In this document: positions 27,836 to 37,451 of the stretch, piece after piece
How positions within the stretch are numbered: position 1 is the first letter of the stretch
Layout of the letters: each line of letters starts with the position of its first letter
Source of the DNA: Acidimicrobiia bacterium
GTDB taxonomy: Bacteria; Actinomycetota; Acidimicrobiia; Spongiisociales; ZC4RG35
Direction: 5' to 3'
Assembly: GCA_036556665.1 (NCBI GenBank)
Contig: DATBIX010000077.1
Span: 9,257 to 73,256, forward strand
DNA: 64,000 bases
Position numbers and translations under genes: made by a program
The notes under the pieces: model-generated
What the model was told of the DNA's origin: nothing
Databases searched by the model: none
The model's input: only the letters and a program-made list of their open reading frames with translations

Positions 27836-27905
27836 GAGCGAATGAGGGTACAGAACGGCGTGGGGCACGAGAAGTGCGATCGGGCGGACGGTTAGGGTCG
27901 CCGGC

Positions 27906-28286
27906 GTGAAACGCACCAACATCTCCTCGGGAAGCCCATGGGAGCCAACTGTCGGGTTCAGTCGGGCCGTTCGGGTCGGAGACCGGGTCCTCGTTGCAGG
28001 CACGGCACCGATCTGGCCCGACGGCTCCGTCGACCCGGACCCCGCGGCGCAGACCCGTCGCTGCCTCGACATCATGCTCGACGCCCTGGCCCAGGCGGGA
28101 GGGGCGCCCGAGCACGTGGTCAGGACCAGGATGTACATCATCAGCGTCGCAGACTCCGAGGCGATCGGAGCGGCCCACGGCGAGGTCTTTTCGGGGATTA
28201 GACCGGCGGCGACCATGGTTGTCGTGGGTGGCCTGCTCGACTCCCGATGGAAGATCGAGATGGAGCTAGAGGCAGTCGTCTCTTGA
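27906..28286 (+). CDS. RidA/YjgF family protein
   Basis: FSRAVRVGDRVLVAGT...TRMYI...RPAATMVVVGGL...IEMELEAV is the typical RidA pattern. GTG start. Confidence 0.85.
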   Translation: MKRTNISSGSPWEPTVGFSRAVRVGDRVLVAGTAPIWPDGSVDPDPAAQTRRCLDIMLDALAQAGGAPEHVVRTRMYIISVADSEAIGAAHGEVFSGIRPAATMVVVGGLLDSRWKIEMELEAVVS

Positions 28287-28313
28287 TGACCGCCTCCGGA
28301 TCGGAGGATCACG

Positions 28314-28949
28314 ATGTTTGGACGCAAGAAGACCGATATGCCCGAAGCCGACAGCGCTCTTCCCGGGCGGTCGGAGACGATCCAGGTGCCGCCGGCCCAT
28401 TTCGTCAATGGCAACCCCCTGGTCGGCCCGTTCCCGTCCGACACCGAGACCGCGGTGTTCGGCATGGGTTGTTTCTGGGGAGCCGAGCGCCGGTTCTGGA
28501 AGATGGACGGGGTCCACACCACCGCAGTGGGCTACGCCGGAGGCTTCACCCCCAATCCGAGCTACGAGGAGGTGTGCACCGGCCGCACCGGGCACTCCGA
28601 GGTGGTGCTGGTCGTCTTCCGTCCCTCCGAGGTGTCCTATGAGCAACTGCTGAAGGTGTTCTGGGAGACCCACGACCCGACGCAGGGGATGAGGCAGGGC
28701 AACGACATCGGGTCCCAGTACCGCTCGGCGATCTACACCACCACCGACGACCAGTTGGAGGTCGCCAAGCGCTCGCTCGACAAGTACCAGGCGGAGTTGA
28801 CGCCACAGGGCTTCGGCGATATCACCACCGAGATCGCCCCCCTCGGCGAGTTCTACTACGCCGAGGACTACCACCAGCAGTACCTGGCCAAGAACCCGCA
28901 CGGGTACGACTGCCACGCCAACACCGGGATCGCCTACCCGGTCGGCTGA
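28314..28949 (+). CDS. msrA: Peptide-methionine (S)-S-oxide reductase
   Basis: Active site [18 protein letters not shown] and [13 protein letters not shown] motifs. GGAGGA lies upstream of the ATG. Confidence 0.95.
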   Translation: MFGRKKTDMPEADSALPGRSETIQVPPAHFVNGNPLVGPFPSDTETAVFGMGCFWGAERRFWKMDGVHTTAVGYAGGFTPNPSYEEVCTGRTGHSEVVLVVFRPSEVSYEQLLKVFWETHDPTQGMRQGNDIGSQYRSAIYTTTDDQLEVAKRSLDKYQAELTPQGFGDITTEIAPLGEFYYAEDYHQQYLAKNPHGYDCHANTGIAYPVG

Positions 28950-28968
28950 GGAAGCCCCGCTCGGTCGG

Positions 28969-30369
28969 TCAGCCGATGGTGAGTGAGGCGCTCAGGGCCT
29001 CGCGCACCACCGTCTCAGGCGCCAGGCCGACCTCGATCTCCTTGACCACGTCCGGGGTGACCCCGACCTCACCGAAGTCGAGACCGCCCGGAGTCAGCCA
29101 GCGGGCGATGGTCAGTTTCAGAGCACCGCCGTTGGAGAGGTTGAAGCGCTGTTGCACCGTGTTCTTGCCGAAGGTGTTCTCGCCCACGACGGTGGCTCGA
29201 CCTCGCTCTTGGAGCACCGCAGACACCACCTCGGAGGCAGAGGCGCTGCCCCGATTCACCACGAAGACCACCTCGATCTCTGCCGGCACGATCACATTGC
29301 CGGTCACCGGGTAGGAGGTCGACGAGTCAGGGCTCTCGGTCGTCACCACGTCCCCGTCCGGCAGGAACGCCGATGCCACCTCGATTGCGGTGTCGAGCAG
29401 GCCTCCCGGGTTGTCCCTCAAATCGATGACCAGTGTGTCGACGCCGTCGTCGAGGACCTCGAGGAGGGCTTCCTCGAACTGCTCGTCGGCGTTCTCGGTG
29501 AAGAGGTTGAGGGCTATGTAACCCGCATCATCGATCGTCTCGCTGACGACGGCCGGGATGGTCACGGCTTCCCGGGTGAGGACGACGTCGAACCGTGATC
29601 CGTCCCTCTCGATGGTGAGGGTGATCTCGGTCCCCGCCGGGCCGCGCACCGTGGCGGTGACCTCGTCCACGGTTCGCCCACGCACGTCTTCGCCGTCCAC
29701 CGCGACGATGACGTCGTCACGCACCAGGCCGGCCTCGTCGGCGGGCGTCCCGGCGATGGTCGAGATGACGAAGAGGCGGCAGGTGTCGGAGATGCGCGAG
29801 CACAACTCGGGCTCGCCGCCGGTCACGTCCTCCGCCGTCACCAGGGCACCGATCCCCTGGATCTCGCCATGTTGCTCCTCTTCGACCAGGGTCAGGGCCT
29901 CGGGGTCGAAGTAGACCGAGTTGGGATCGAGCCCGAACGTGGTGAGCCCTCGAACCATGGCCTCGGCCGCCTCGACACTGTTCTCGGCCTCGGTCGCAGC
30001 CAGCTCGCAGACCTCCTGGAAGGGGACGGCGGGAGCGGCGCAGATGATCTCGCTCTCCGAGCTGGTCCCATCCAGCTCCTCGAGACCCCGCGCCGCGGCA
30101 TCGGCGAGTGCCTGGTCGCTCACCTCGTCGACATAGTGACGTTGGACCAGGTCCACCGCCTCGCAGACGATCTCGACGTCGGCATCGGCGGGCTCGCACC
30201 CCACGACACGGAGAGGCCGGCCGGCCTCCTCGGTGACGGTCGACGAGGGAGGCGGGTTGGTGGTGGTCGGGGCCGGCGTGGTGGTGTCACCGGCGAGGGA
30301 CCCCGAGCACGAGGCGAGCATCAGCGACAGGGCGATGACCACGACGAGGTGGTGGGCCTGCCTGGTCAC
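28969..30369 (-). CDS. S41 family C-terminal processing peptidase, lipoprotein
   Basis: Lipobox LMLASCSG, a PDZ-like segment, LVIDLRDNPGGLL, and the NRGSASASE catalytic-Ser region. GTG overlaps the upstream paralog stop (GTGA). Confidence 0.85.
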   Translation of the reverse strand: MTRQAHHLVVVIALSLMLASCSGSLAGDTTTPAPTTTNPPPSSTVTEEAGRPLRVVGCEPADADVEIVCEAVDLVQRHYVDEVSDQALADAAARGLEELDGTSSESEIICAAPAVPFQEVCELAATEAENSVEAAEAMVRGLTTFGLDPNSVYFDPEALTLVEEEQHGEIQGIGALVTAEDVTGGEPELCSRISDTCRLFVISTIAGTPADEAGLVRDDVIVAVDGEDVRGRTVDEVTATVRGPAGTEITLTIERDGSRFDVVLTREAVTIPAVVSETIDDAGYIALNLFTENADEQFEEALLEVLDDGVDTLVIDLRDNPGGLLDTAIEVASAFLPDGDVVTTESPDSSTSYPVTGNVIVPAEIEVVFVVNRGSASASEVVSAVLQERGRATVVGENTFGKNTVQQRFNLSNGGALKLTIARWLTPGGLDFGEVGVTPDVVKEIEVGLAPETVVREALSASLTIG

Positions 30370-31736
30370 CGGTCGAAGGCCACTGCGGTCAAATCCGCCG
30401 TGCTCATATCAGCCGGTAACCGGGTCTCGCGGTCGGGAAGGACGCCTGTGCCGGCAACCGACGTGCCGTTCGGGCTCAACCAGCGAGCAACTGCCACGTT
30501 GAACTCTCCGCCGTTGTTCAGCTCGAAGGCTATCTGCACGGCATTCTTACCGAAGGTCTGCTCGCCGATCACCTCGGCGCCCCTGCGGTCGCGCAGCGCC
30601 TCGGCCAAGATCTCGGCGGCCGAGGCAGTCCCGGCGTTGACCAGCACCTTGATCTCCAGGTCGGTGGCAAGCCCTCCCTCACTGGCCTCGTACCGGAAAT
30701 CCTGCTCCGGGCCCACGGTCTCGACCACGACACCGCCGGCGATGAACTCGGAGGCCACGTCGATGGCGGAGTCGATGTACCCACCCGGGTTGTCCCTCAG
30801 GTCGAGGACGAGCCGGTCGATGGGCTCGGCGCGGAGCTGGGCGAGGCCGTCGTAGACCAGGCCACCGATGTCCTCCTCGAAATCCGGGATGCGCATGTAC
30901 CCGATGCCGGGGCTCGGGATGTCGATCTCGACGGTGGGAACGGTGAGACCCGAGCGCTCGATCGTGTAGGAGAGCGCCGCGCCGTCCCGTTCGACGTCGA
31001 GGGTCACCGTGCCGGTCTCGTCTCCGGCGATGCGGGTGGCGACGTCGGTGAAGCCCTGATCGTCGACCGGGGTGCCGTCCACCGCGGTGATCCTGTCCCC
31101 GGCGAGAAGCCCGGCCGCCGCCCCCGGGTTGTCGTCGAGGACGAAGACGATCTGAAGCGGGCAGGCGGCGGTGATCCTGACACACTTGGATCCTGCGGCA
31201 TCGGTCGCGTCGAGAAGGATGCCGACACCTCCCACCACCCCGTTGCTCCGGTAGCTCCCCACCAGCTCGGGAGGCACGTAGTAGGTGAATTGCTCGAGCC
31301 CAGTGCTCGCCATCGTCTCCAGTGCCGCCTCGATGGCGTCAGCGACCGGTATGGCCGACTCGTCGACCCGATCGGCCAACAGTTCGCACATGCTGGTGAA
31401 CGCAGGGTCGGGGATGGCACAGAACAGAGTGCGCGGGGCGAGCTCGGTGGCGGTGGTGGTGAACTCGGTCAGACCGGTGATGGCCGCCTCGGCGAGGGCG
31501 TCGGGGTCGATCGGGCGGTCCATGTGCCACTCCTGGGCGAGCTCATAGGCCTCGCACAGAGGCGAGAAACCGACCTGGGGCGCGGTGCAGTCCTGGATTT
31601 CGACCGGCAGCTCTGCGGGCTGAGTCGTGGTTATGACGGGAGGCCGGGTCGTGGTCGGCGCGGCCGTGCTCCCCGGGTCCACCTCGGGCCCGGCACAGGC
31701 AGTCAGCAGGAGGAGAAGAGCTACGACGGCGCGCAT
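30366..31736 (-). CDS. S41 family C-terminal processing peptidase, lipoprotein (paralog)
   Basis: Lipobox LLLLTACAG, LVLDLRDNPGGYI and NAGTASAAE. Same architecture as the downstream gene. Confidence 0.85.
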   Translation of the reverse strand: MRAVVALLLLLTACAGPEVDPGSTAAPTTTRPPVITTTQPAELPVEIQDCTAPQVGFSPLCEAYELAQEWHMDRPIDPDALAEAAITGLTEFTTTATELAPRTLFCAIPDPAFTSMCELLADRVDESAIPVADAIEAALETMASTGLEQFTYYVPPELVGSYRSNGVVGGVGILLDATDAAGSKCVRITAACPLQIVFVLDDNPGAAAGLLAGDRITAVDGTPVDDQGFTDVATRIAGDETGTVTLDVERDGAALSYTIERSGLTVPTVEIDIPSPGIGYMRIPDFEEDIGGLVYDGLAQLRAEPIDRLVLDLRDNPGGYIDSAIDVASEFIAGGVVVETVGPEQDFRYEASEGGLATDLEIKVLVNAGTASAAEILAEALRDRRGAEVIGEQTFGKNAVQIAFELNNGGEFNVAVARWLSPNGTSVAGTGVLPDRETRLPADMSTADLTAVAFDR

Positions 31737-31780
31737 GCCCGGTCATTATCGGCAGCAGGGGGTCATTACCGTCGCGATTG

Positions 31781-32848
31781 ATGCACCTCCGCTTCATGCT
31801 GCGCGCCCCCGATGGCGAGACCGTCACGAGGGACGTGCGTCGAGGGAAGTGGGCCGAGCCCGCAGGCGATGCCGACCGTGTCCTCGGGGACGGGCAATGG
31901 GCCATCCCCGGGCTGGTCGACGCGCACGCCCACCTCTCCCGGCCCGTGCTCGACTACGGCCCCGGGGATCCGCAGGGAGCGGCTCGTCGGTCGACCGAGG
32001 CCCTGGAGGCCGGCGTGACGCTCCTGCTCGACAAGGGATGGCGCGACCTGACAGTGGTGGATCTGATCGATCGAGTGGAGCCGGGTCTCAGGCCCGACAT
32101 CGAAGCAGCGGGCAGGATCCTGGCCGTGGAGGGAGGGTACATCGAGGGATTCTGTCGCAGCGTCGAACCGGGATCGTTGGCTGCACTGGTTCGGGAGGCA
32201 GCGGGAGAGGGCCGGGGATGGGTCAAGCTGATCGGCGACTGGCCGAGGCGGGGGATCGGGCCCCTCCCCAATTTCACCGAGGACGAGATGGCCACCGCAG
32301 TTCGCATCGCCGCCGAGGCGGGGTCTCGGGTCGCCGTGCATACCCTCGCCCGCGATGTCCCGTCGATGGCCGTTCGGGCCGGCGTCCACTCCGTCGAGCA
32401 CGGTCTCTTCTTGTCTAGAGCCGATCTGGCCGCACTCGGGGCCAGGGGCGGGATGTGGGTCCCGACCGTGGTCATGGTCGATGCCTTGATCGAGCAACTC
32501 GGCGCCGACTCGACCGGCGGGAGTCTGTTGCGAGAGGGCTTGGCCAATGTGGCGGCGAACGTCGCCAGCGCAGTCGAGTCAGGGGTCCATGTGCTCACGG
32601 GGACCGATCTGGCGGTAGGGAGCCACCAGGTCGCAATCGAGGCGATGAGGCTCGCCGAGATGGGTCTGACCGCGGCCATGGCGCTGGACGCCGTGGCCCA
32701 CTCGGGGCTCGCCGCCACCGGTCGCTCCGTCGGGTTCGAAATCGACAGCCCGGCCAACGCCGTGCTCCTGCCCGAGAGCCCGCTGGAGAACTTGGGGGTG
32801 CTGCTTCACCCCTCTCACGTGATCAGGCACGGGAGAATGGTGCGATGA
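31781..32848 (+). CDS. Amidohydrolase superfamily protein (metal-dependent hydrolase)
   Basis: GLVDAHAHLS metal-binding HxH motif plus the later HTLA and VEHG motifs. ATG 31781; TTG 31778 is an alternative. Confidence 0.8.
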   Translation: MHLRFMLRAPDGETVTRDVRRGKWAEPAGDADRVLGDGQWAIPGLVDAHAHLSRPVLDYGPGDPQGAARRSTEALEAGVTLLLDKGWRDLTVVDLIDRVEPGLRPDIEAAGRILAVEGGYIEGFCRSVEPGSLAALVREAAGEGRGWVKLIGDWPRRGIGPLPNFTEDEMATAVRIAAEAGSRVAVHTLARDVPSMAVRAGVHSVEHGLFLSRADLAALGARGGMWVPTVVMVDALIEQLGADSTGGSLLREGLANVAANVASAVESGVHVLTGTDLAVGSHQVAIEAMRLAEMGLTAAMALDAVAHSGLAATGRSVGFEIDSPANAVLLPESPLENLGVLLHPSHVIRHGRMVR

Positions 32849-33438
32849 GACTGATCCTGGCATCGGCCTCGCCGAGACGTCGTCAGCTCCTCGACGCCTT
32901 GCAGCTCGAGTTCGAGATTCGCCCGAGCGAGGTGGACGAGGTGAGGCTGCCCGAGGAGCCTGCTCCCGCCTACGTGGAGCGGGTCGCCCGTGCCAAAGCC
33001 GCGGCGGTCGCCGCCCCGGGCCTTGTGGTTGTCGCCGCCGACACCACAGTCGTTCACGAGGGGAAGATCATGGGCAAGCCCGGTCACCCCGAGGAGGCTC
33101 GAGCCATGCTCCGCCGTCTTCAAGGCGATGTTCACGAGGTGTTCACCGGCGTGGCCGTCGCGGTCTGGGAGGAAGCGGCGACCGTCAGATCATTGGTCGA
33201 CGTGTCCGAGGTGGTGTTCCTCCCCATGACCGACGAGGAGATCGCCGCTTACGTCGAGACCGGAGAGCCCATGGACAAGGCCGGGGCGTATGCGATGCAA
33301 GGGCTCGGCGGCATATATGTCGAGCGCGTCTCGGGGAGCCCGTTCACCGTGATCGGACTGCCCATTCACCTCTTGCCGCGTCTCATGGCGGCATCCGGGG
33401 CCTCTTTGACCTCGTTCAGAGCAGCCGGAGGCGGGTAA
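32845..33438 (+). CDS. maf: Maf-like nucleoside triphosphate pyrophosphatase
   Basis: LILASASPRRRQLL...VVAADTTV...GKP...DKAGAYAMQG. ATGA overlap with the upstream gene. Confidence 0.9.
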   Translation: MRLILASASPRRRQLLDALQLEFEIRPSEVDEVRLPEEPAPAYVERVARAKAAAVAAPGLVVVAADTTVVHEGKIMGKPGHPEEARAMLRRLQGDVHEVFTGVAVAVWEEAATVRSLVDVSEVVFLPMTDEEIAAYVETGEPMDKAGAYAMQGLGGIYVERVSGSPFTVIGLPIHLLPRLMAASGASLTSFRAAGGG

Positions 33439-33447
33439 GTTGCCCGA

Positions 33448-34434
33448 ATGAACCGAGCCGCCTGGATCCTGGCCGGGCTCTTCGTCGTCCTGGTCGTGGT
33501 GCTCATCTTCATGTTCGGCGACGGTGACGGCGAAGGGACGACGACTACCGGTGGCGTCGGCTCGACCTCGCTGCCCGGCGCGTCGACGACTCCGGCCGAG
33601 TCGAGCACCACGCAGGCCGAGGCCGCCACCACCACCTTCGCCGAGGCCACCACTACGACCGCAGGCACCACGACGACGGCCGGCCTCGAGGGCAACTGGG
33701 CCGGTGATCCAGTGGTGGTTGCCGCCTTTGGCGCACTGGGGTGGTGGGACGGGAGCTCGTGGTCCCAGGTCGAGCCGCAGACGAGTCTTCCCCTGAGCGG
33801 TGGCGAGAGCTTCCAGATCGCCATGCTCGGCCTCCAGGCGATCACGACGGGGAGCGAGCCGACCACTCTCTGCGAGCCGCTGGCCAACCCGGGAGTGGTG
33901 TTGGACAACGAGGAGGTGCTCGGCGACTTCCCCGGCCCGCTTGGTGTCGCCATCTCCGCCTCGTGGGAGCTCGTCCCTCATCTCGTGGAGGAGATCGAGG
34001 ACGACGGGACCAACGCCGGCTTCGCCGGTGAGCTGTTGGCCGAACGGGGCTTGAACGTGGCCGACCCGGTGATCAAGCAGCTCCTCCGGGTCGACCTCGA
34101 GGGAGACGGGGTCAACGAGGTGATCGTGGTCGCAGAGGACGTCCCGGCGGACCTGTTCGGCGAGCCCGGGGACTACTCGATCGTCTTCCTGCGAAAGACG
34201 GTTGGGAGCGATATACGGACCAGCATCCTGGGGGAGGCGGTGGTGCTCGATGCCGAGGACGCTCCGCTCCTCTACTCCTTCTCGATCGGCTCGGTCGCCG
34301 ACCTCAATGGGGACGGAAAGATGGAGATCGTGCTCTCGTCTGCCTATTACGAGGGTGTTGCCGTCGAAGTATGGGAGTACGTGAACGACGACCAGGGGCC
34401 GGTGCCCCAGCTGGGGCAAGGATGCGGGGCGTGA
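33448..34434 (+). CDS. Hypothetical membrane-anchored extracytoplasmic protein with a Thr-rich linker and FG-GAP/VCBS-like Asp-Gly motifs
   Basis: N-terminal helix AAWILAGLFVVLVVVLIFMF and about 60 aa of Thr/Ala/Gly/Ser-rich linker. Two DxxGDGxxE(I/V)(I/V) motifs (DLEGDGVNEVIV, DLNGDGKMEIV). Confidence 0.65.
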   Translation: MNRAAWILAGLFVVLVVVLIFMFGDGDGEGTTTTGGVGSTSLPGASTTPAESSTTQAEAATTTFAEATTTTAGTTTTAGLEGNWAGDPVVVAAFGALGWWDGSSWSQVEPQTSLPLSGGESFQIAMLGLQAITTGSEPTTLCEPLANPGVVLDNEEVLGDFPGPLGVAISASWELVPHLVEEIEDDGTNAGFAGELLAERGLNVADPVIKQLLRVDLEGDGVNEVIVVAEDVPADLFGEPGDYSIVFLRKTVGSDIRTSILGEAVVLDAEDAPLLYSFSIGSVADLNGDGKMEIVLSSAYYEGVAVEVWEYVNDDQGPVPQLGQGCGA

Positions 34435-34847
34435 CCAGCAGTCCATTCCTCGACCGGCCGACATTCGTGGGGCACACCGGCATCGAGCTGACCGAGGCCT
34501 CGTCGCAAGCCTGTGTCGGGACCATCACCATCAACGAGAACCATCTTCAGCCGTACGGAGTGGTCCACGGCGGCGTGTACTGCACCCTGATCGAGACTCT
34601 CGCCTCGACCGGTGGGGCGCTATGGGCCATGGAGAACGGGATGGCCGGATGCGTCGGTGTCTCCAATCAGACTGACTTCATCCGGTCGACGACCGATGGG
34701 GTCCTCGTCGGCTCGGCCACACCGATCCACCGCGGCCGCACCCAGCAACTGTGGCAGGTCACCGTGACGCGGGAGGGTGATGGCAAGCTGGTGGCGAGAG
34801 GCCAGGTGCGTCTTCAGAACGTCAACTCGACCGAATTCGGCGGTTGA
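34422..34847 (+). CDS. PaaI/hotdog-fold thioesterase
   Basis: NHLQPYGVVHGGVYCTLIETLAS...HRGRTQQLWQV is typical of PaaI. The alternative start GTG 34431 forms a GTGA overlap with the upstream stop. Confidence 0.8.
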   Translation: MRGVTSSPFLDRPTFVGHTGIELTEASSQACVGTITINENHLQPYGVVHGGVYCTLIETLASTGGALWAMENGMAGCVGVSNQTDFIRSTTDGVLVGSATPIHRGRTQQLWQVTVTREGDGKLVARGQVRLQNVNSTEFGG

Positions 34848-34854
34848 GCCTTCG

Positions 34855-35967
34855 ATGCTCAACATCGGCTCCTTGATCGTCGATCCCCCCGTGGTGCTGG
34901 CCCCGATGGCCGGGATCACCAATGCCCCTTTCCGTCGTCTCTGCCGGGAGTATGGGGCCGGTCTGTACGTCTCGGAGATGATCGGGGCGCGCGGATTGGT
35001 GGAAGGAGACGAGAAGACACGACAACTGGCGACTTTCGCACCCGATGAGAGCCCGCGCTCGATCCAGTTGTACGGAACCGACCCGGCATCGCTCGGTGCG
35101 GCGGTCTCGTATCTGATCGACGTCGAGGGGGTTGATCACATCGACATGAATTTCGGCTGTCCCATGGGCAAGGTGACCAGGCACGGGGGAGGTGCCGCCC
35201 TTCCCTGGAAGCGGGATCTGTTCAGATCGATAGTCAGGTCGGCCGTCTCCAACGCCGGCCCGGTCCCGGTGACGGTCAAGTTCCGCAAAGGAATCGACGA
35301 CGAGCACCTGACCTACCTCGAGACCGGTCTGATCGCCGAGGAAGAAGGGGCGGCCGCTGTCGCCCTCCATGCGCGGACCGCCCGCCAGCTCTACTCGGGC
35401 CAGGCCGACTGGAGTGCGATCCGGGTGTTGAAGGAGTCGATCCGGTCGATCCCGGTCCTCGGCAACGGGGACGTCTGGACCGCCTCGGATGCCGTCGAGA
35501 TGATGGAGAAGACCGGTTGTGACGGCGTGGTGGTCGGCCGGGGATGTCTGGGCCGACCCTGGCTGTTCCGCGACCTGTCCGATTCGATGGCCGGCAGACC
35601 GGCGCAGCCGGCGCCCGACTCGGGTGAGATCTCAAACATCATGGTCCGCCATGCCGAGCTGCTCGTCGACCATTTCGGGGAGAGGGTCGGGATCGGCCTG
35701 TTCCGCAAGCACCCGTCCTGGTATCTGAAAGGGTTCCCAGCCGGCCCGGCGATCCGTGACGCACTGGCCAGAGTCGAGTCGGTGGATCAGCTCGAGGAGA
35801 TCCTCTCTGGGTGGCCGCGGGACATCCCGTTCCCGATCGAGGCCAACCGAATGGTGCGCGGCCACTCCCACGGCCCGCGCCCGGTCAGGCTCCCGCACGG
35901 TTTTCTCGACGACCGGTCCGGTGATCGGGTGGGCCGCGAGGCCGAGCAGCCGGTCAGCGGCGGCTGA
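34855..35967 (+). CDS. dus: tRNA-dihydrouridine synthase
   Basis: VLAPMAGITNAPFRRLCREYGAGLYVSEM, DMNFGCP and VTVKFRKG motifs. Start at MLNIGS (34855). Confidence 0.9.
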   Translation: MLNIGSLIVDPPVVLAPMAGITNAPFRRLCREYGAGLYVSEMIGARGLVEGDEKTRQLATFAPDESPRSIQLYGTDPASLGAAVSYLIDVEGVDHIDMNFGCPMGKVTRHGGGAALPWKRDLFRSIVRSAVSNAGPVPVTVKFRKGIDDEHLTYLETGLIAEEEGAAAVALHARTARQLYSGQADWSAIRVLKESIRSIPVLGNGDVWTASDAVEMMEKTGCDGVVVGRGCLGRPWLFRDLSDSMAGRPAQPAPDSGEISNIMVRHAELLVDHFGERVGIGLFRKHPSWYLKGFPAGPAIRDALARVESVDQLEEILSGWPRDIPFPIEANRMVRGHSHGPRPVRLPHGFLDDRSGDRVGREAEQPVSGG

Positions 35968-35982
35968 GCCCCGACCCTCTGG

Positions 35983-36885
35983 TCAGGAGCGCTCGGCGTA
36001 CCCGGCCACTGCGGCCAGGACGAGATGGGCCATGGCGTCGAGGGTCACCCCGTCCCGGTCGGTCTCAGCGTCGACCTCGACGAAGTCGATTGCCGTCACC
36101 ATCTCGCTCCTGGCGCAGCGTCGCACTCCCTCGGCGAGCTGGCGCAAACCGAGGCCGCCCGGCCTCGCCCCGGGACATGCCGGTGCCTGGGAGCGATCGA
36201 GCACGTCGACGTCGGCGTCCACATACACCCGGTCGCAGCGACCTTCGAGACCGGCGATGGCAGCCTCCACCACCGAGCCCATGCCCTCGCGCTCGACGTC
36301 GGCAACCGTGACTGTCTGTATGCCCTGATCGTCGCAATAGGACCGGTAGTCGGCGGAGTTGGCGAAGGAGTGGATCCCGATCTGGACCACGTTGTCACCG
36401 GGCAACCCGTCCTCCTCGATCAGGCCCCTGACCGGTGTCCCGTTGGTCGGGCCGAGTGCCAGGGTGCGGACATCGTGATGGGCGTCGAAAGTGATCAGCC
36501 CCACCCGGTCGCGATCCGGCGACAGGGCCCGCACCAGGGGTCGGGTCACCGCGTTGTCACCCCCGAGGTACAGGGTGAGGGGCACCCGGGGAAGCGCTCT
36601 CGCCATGTCCTCGACCACCGCAGGCATCTCGTGCATGTCGAGCTCGGAGACCGGCCAGTTGCCCTCGTCGCGCACCGGCACGGCACCGAAGTCGATACCC
36701 CATTCCCCGTGGAAGGTCGAGAAGCGGCTGAGCCGGTCCCGCACCGACAGGGGGGTCAGGTCGGCCCGGGAGGGGGAGAGGGACGCCTTCGACGAGGGGA
36801 CTCCAACGACGATGATCTCGGGGTCGGGGTTGTCCTGGGCCAGCCAGACGTCGGCGCGTGGCCAATGCGGGTCGGTCGTCACCAT
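35983..36885 (-). CDS. Arginase-superfamily ureohydrolase (formimidoylglutamase/agmatinase-like)
   Basis: [13 protein letters not shown] (GGDH-like motif with Asn in place of His), [10 protein letters not shown] and [11 protein letters not shown] metal-site motifs. Start at MVTTDPH (36885). Confidence 0.75.
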   Translation of the reverse strand: MVTTDPHWPRADVWLAQDNPDPEIIVVGVPSSKASLSPSRADLTPLSVRDRLSRFSTFHGEWGIDFGAVPVRDEGNWPVSELDMHEMPAVVEDMARALPRVPLTLYLGGDNAVTRPLVRALSPDRDRVGLITFDAHHDVRTLALGPTNGTPVRGLIEEDGLPGDNVVQIGIHSFANSADYRSYCDDQGIQTVTVADVEREGMGSVVEAAIAGLEGRCDRVYVDADVDVLDRSQAPACPGARPGGLGLRQLAEGVRRCARSEMVTAIDFVEVDAETDRDGVTLDAMAHLVLAAVAGYAERS

Positions 36886-37043
36886 CGCTCGACAGGGTAA
36901 AGCTGCCCCTGATCTTCCCGGAAAACGCCCGGGCGAGTCGGTCACCGCAGAATGGGCCAACTGGCCCTAGCGGCCTACGGCGAACGGTCGGAGACTTCAT
37001 GTTGGACGGTCATGTAAGACCGCCCCGAAAGGAGGTGATTTCC

Positions 37044-37385
37044 GTGACGACGCTGCTCGAGCGCCAGGAGACGGAGATCACCCGGATGCCGCATCGGTCC
37101 TATGTCACCGAGTGGGTGATTGGGATCATTGGCCTGCTGGCGGCCGGTGTCGGAGCGTGGATGTACTACGTGCCGACCGACTGGTTCCTCGGTGGATTGG
37201 CTGAGGGTTGGTACCTCGGCATGTTCATCGCCGCCGGCGTGCTGTTGGCGACTGCATTCGGGCTCTTCGCCCGAGGCATGCTGATAGAGGACCGGGTCTG
37301 GACGACCCGGGTGACGGTGATGACGGTCTTGTCCGTCCTCGCCCTAGCCGGAGCCGTTACCTTCGCCCTGATCCTGATCATCTGA
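37044..37385 (+). CDS. Small hypothetical membrane protein (3 helices)
   Basis: GGAGGTGA lies 5 nt before GTG 37044. Three hydrophobic helices. No family recognised. Confidence 0.55.
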   Translation: MTTLLERQETEITRMPHRSYVTEWVIGIIGLLAAGVGAWMYYVPTDWFLGGLAEGWYLGMFIAAGVLLATAFGLFARGMLIEDRVWTTRVTVMTVLSVLALAGAVTFALILII

Positions 37386-37400
37386 TAGGCATGCCAGCCA

Positions 37401-37435
37401 GAGTCGGGGCCCCGGTCGAGCCGGGGCCCTGACTC
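37401..37435. terminator. GC-rich 15-bp hairpin between convergent genes (bidirectional terminator candidate)
   Basis: GAGTCGGGGCCCCGG-TCGAG-CCGGGGCCCTGACTC, with one G-U pair. It lies between the stops at 37385 (+) and 37452 (-). Confidence 0.6.
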
Positions 37436-37451
37436 CGTGTGCGGGCCGGGA

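Noticed and set aside
27836-27905. A possible c-di-AMP (ydaO-type) riboswitch upstream of the cell-wall hydrolase gene, as often found before actinobacterial wall hydrolases.
   Set aside because: Only 70 nt are available before the divergent RidA gene, too short for that motif, and none of its conserved blocks were recognised.
26684-28522. Long N-terminal extensions of track ORFs: 26684-28522, 25318-27021, 37452-39575, 39146-40474, 9569-11455, 12906-14792 and 7516-8574.
   Set aside because: The extensions overlap well-supported neighbouring genes or are Arg/Pro-rich. Internal starts fit signal peptides, lipoboxes, family N-termini, RBSs or ATGA overlaps much better.
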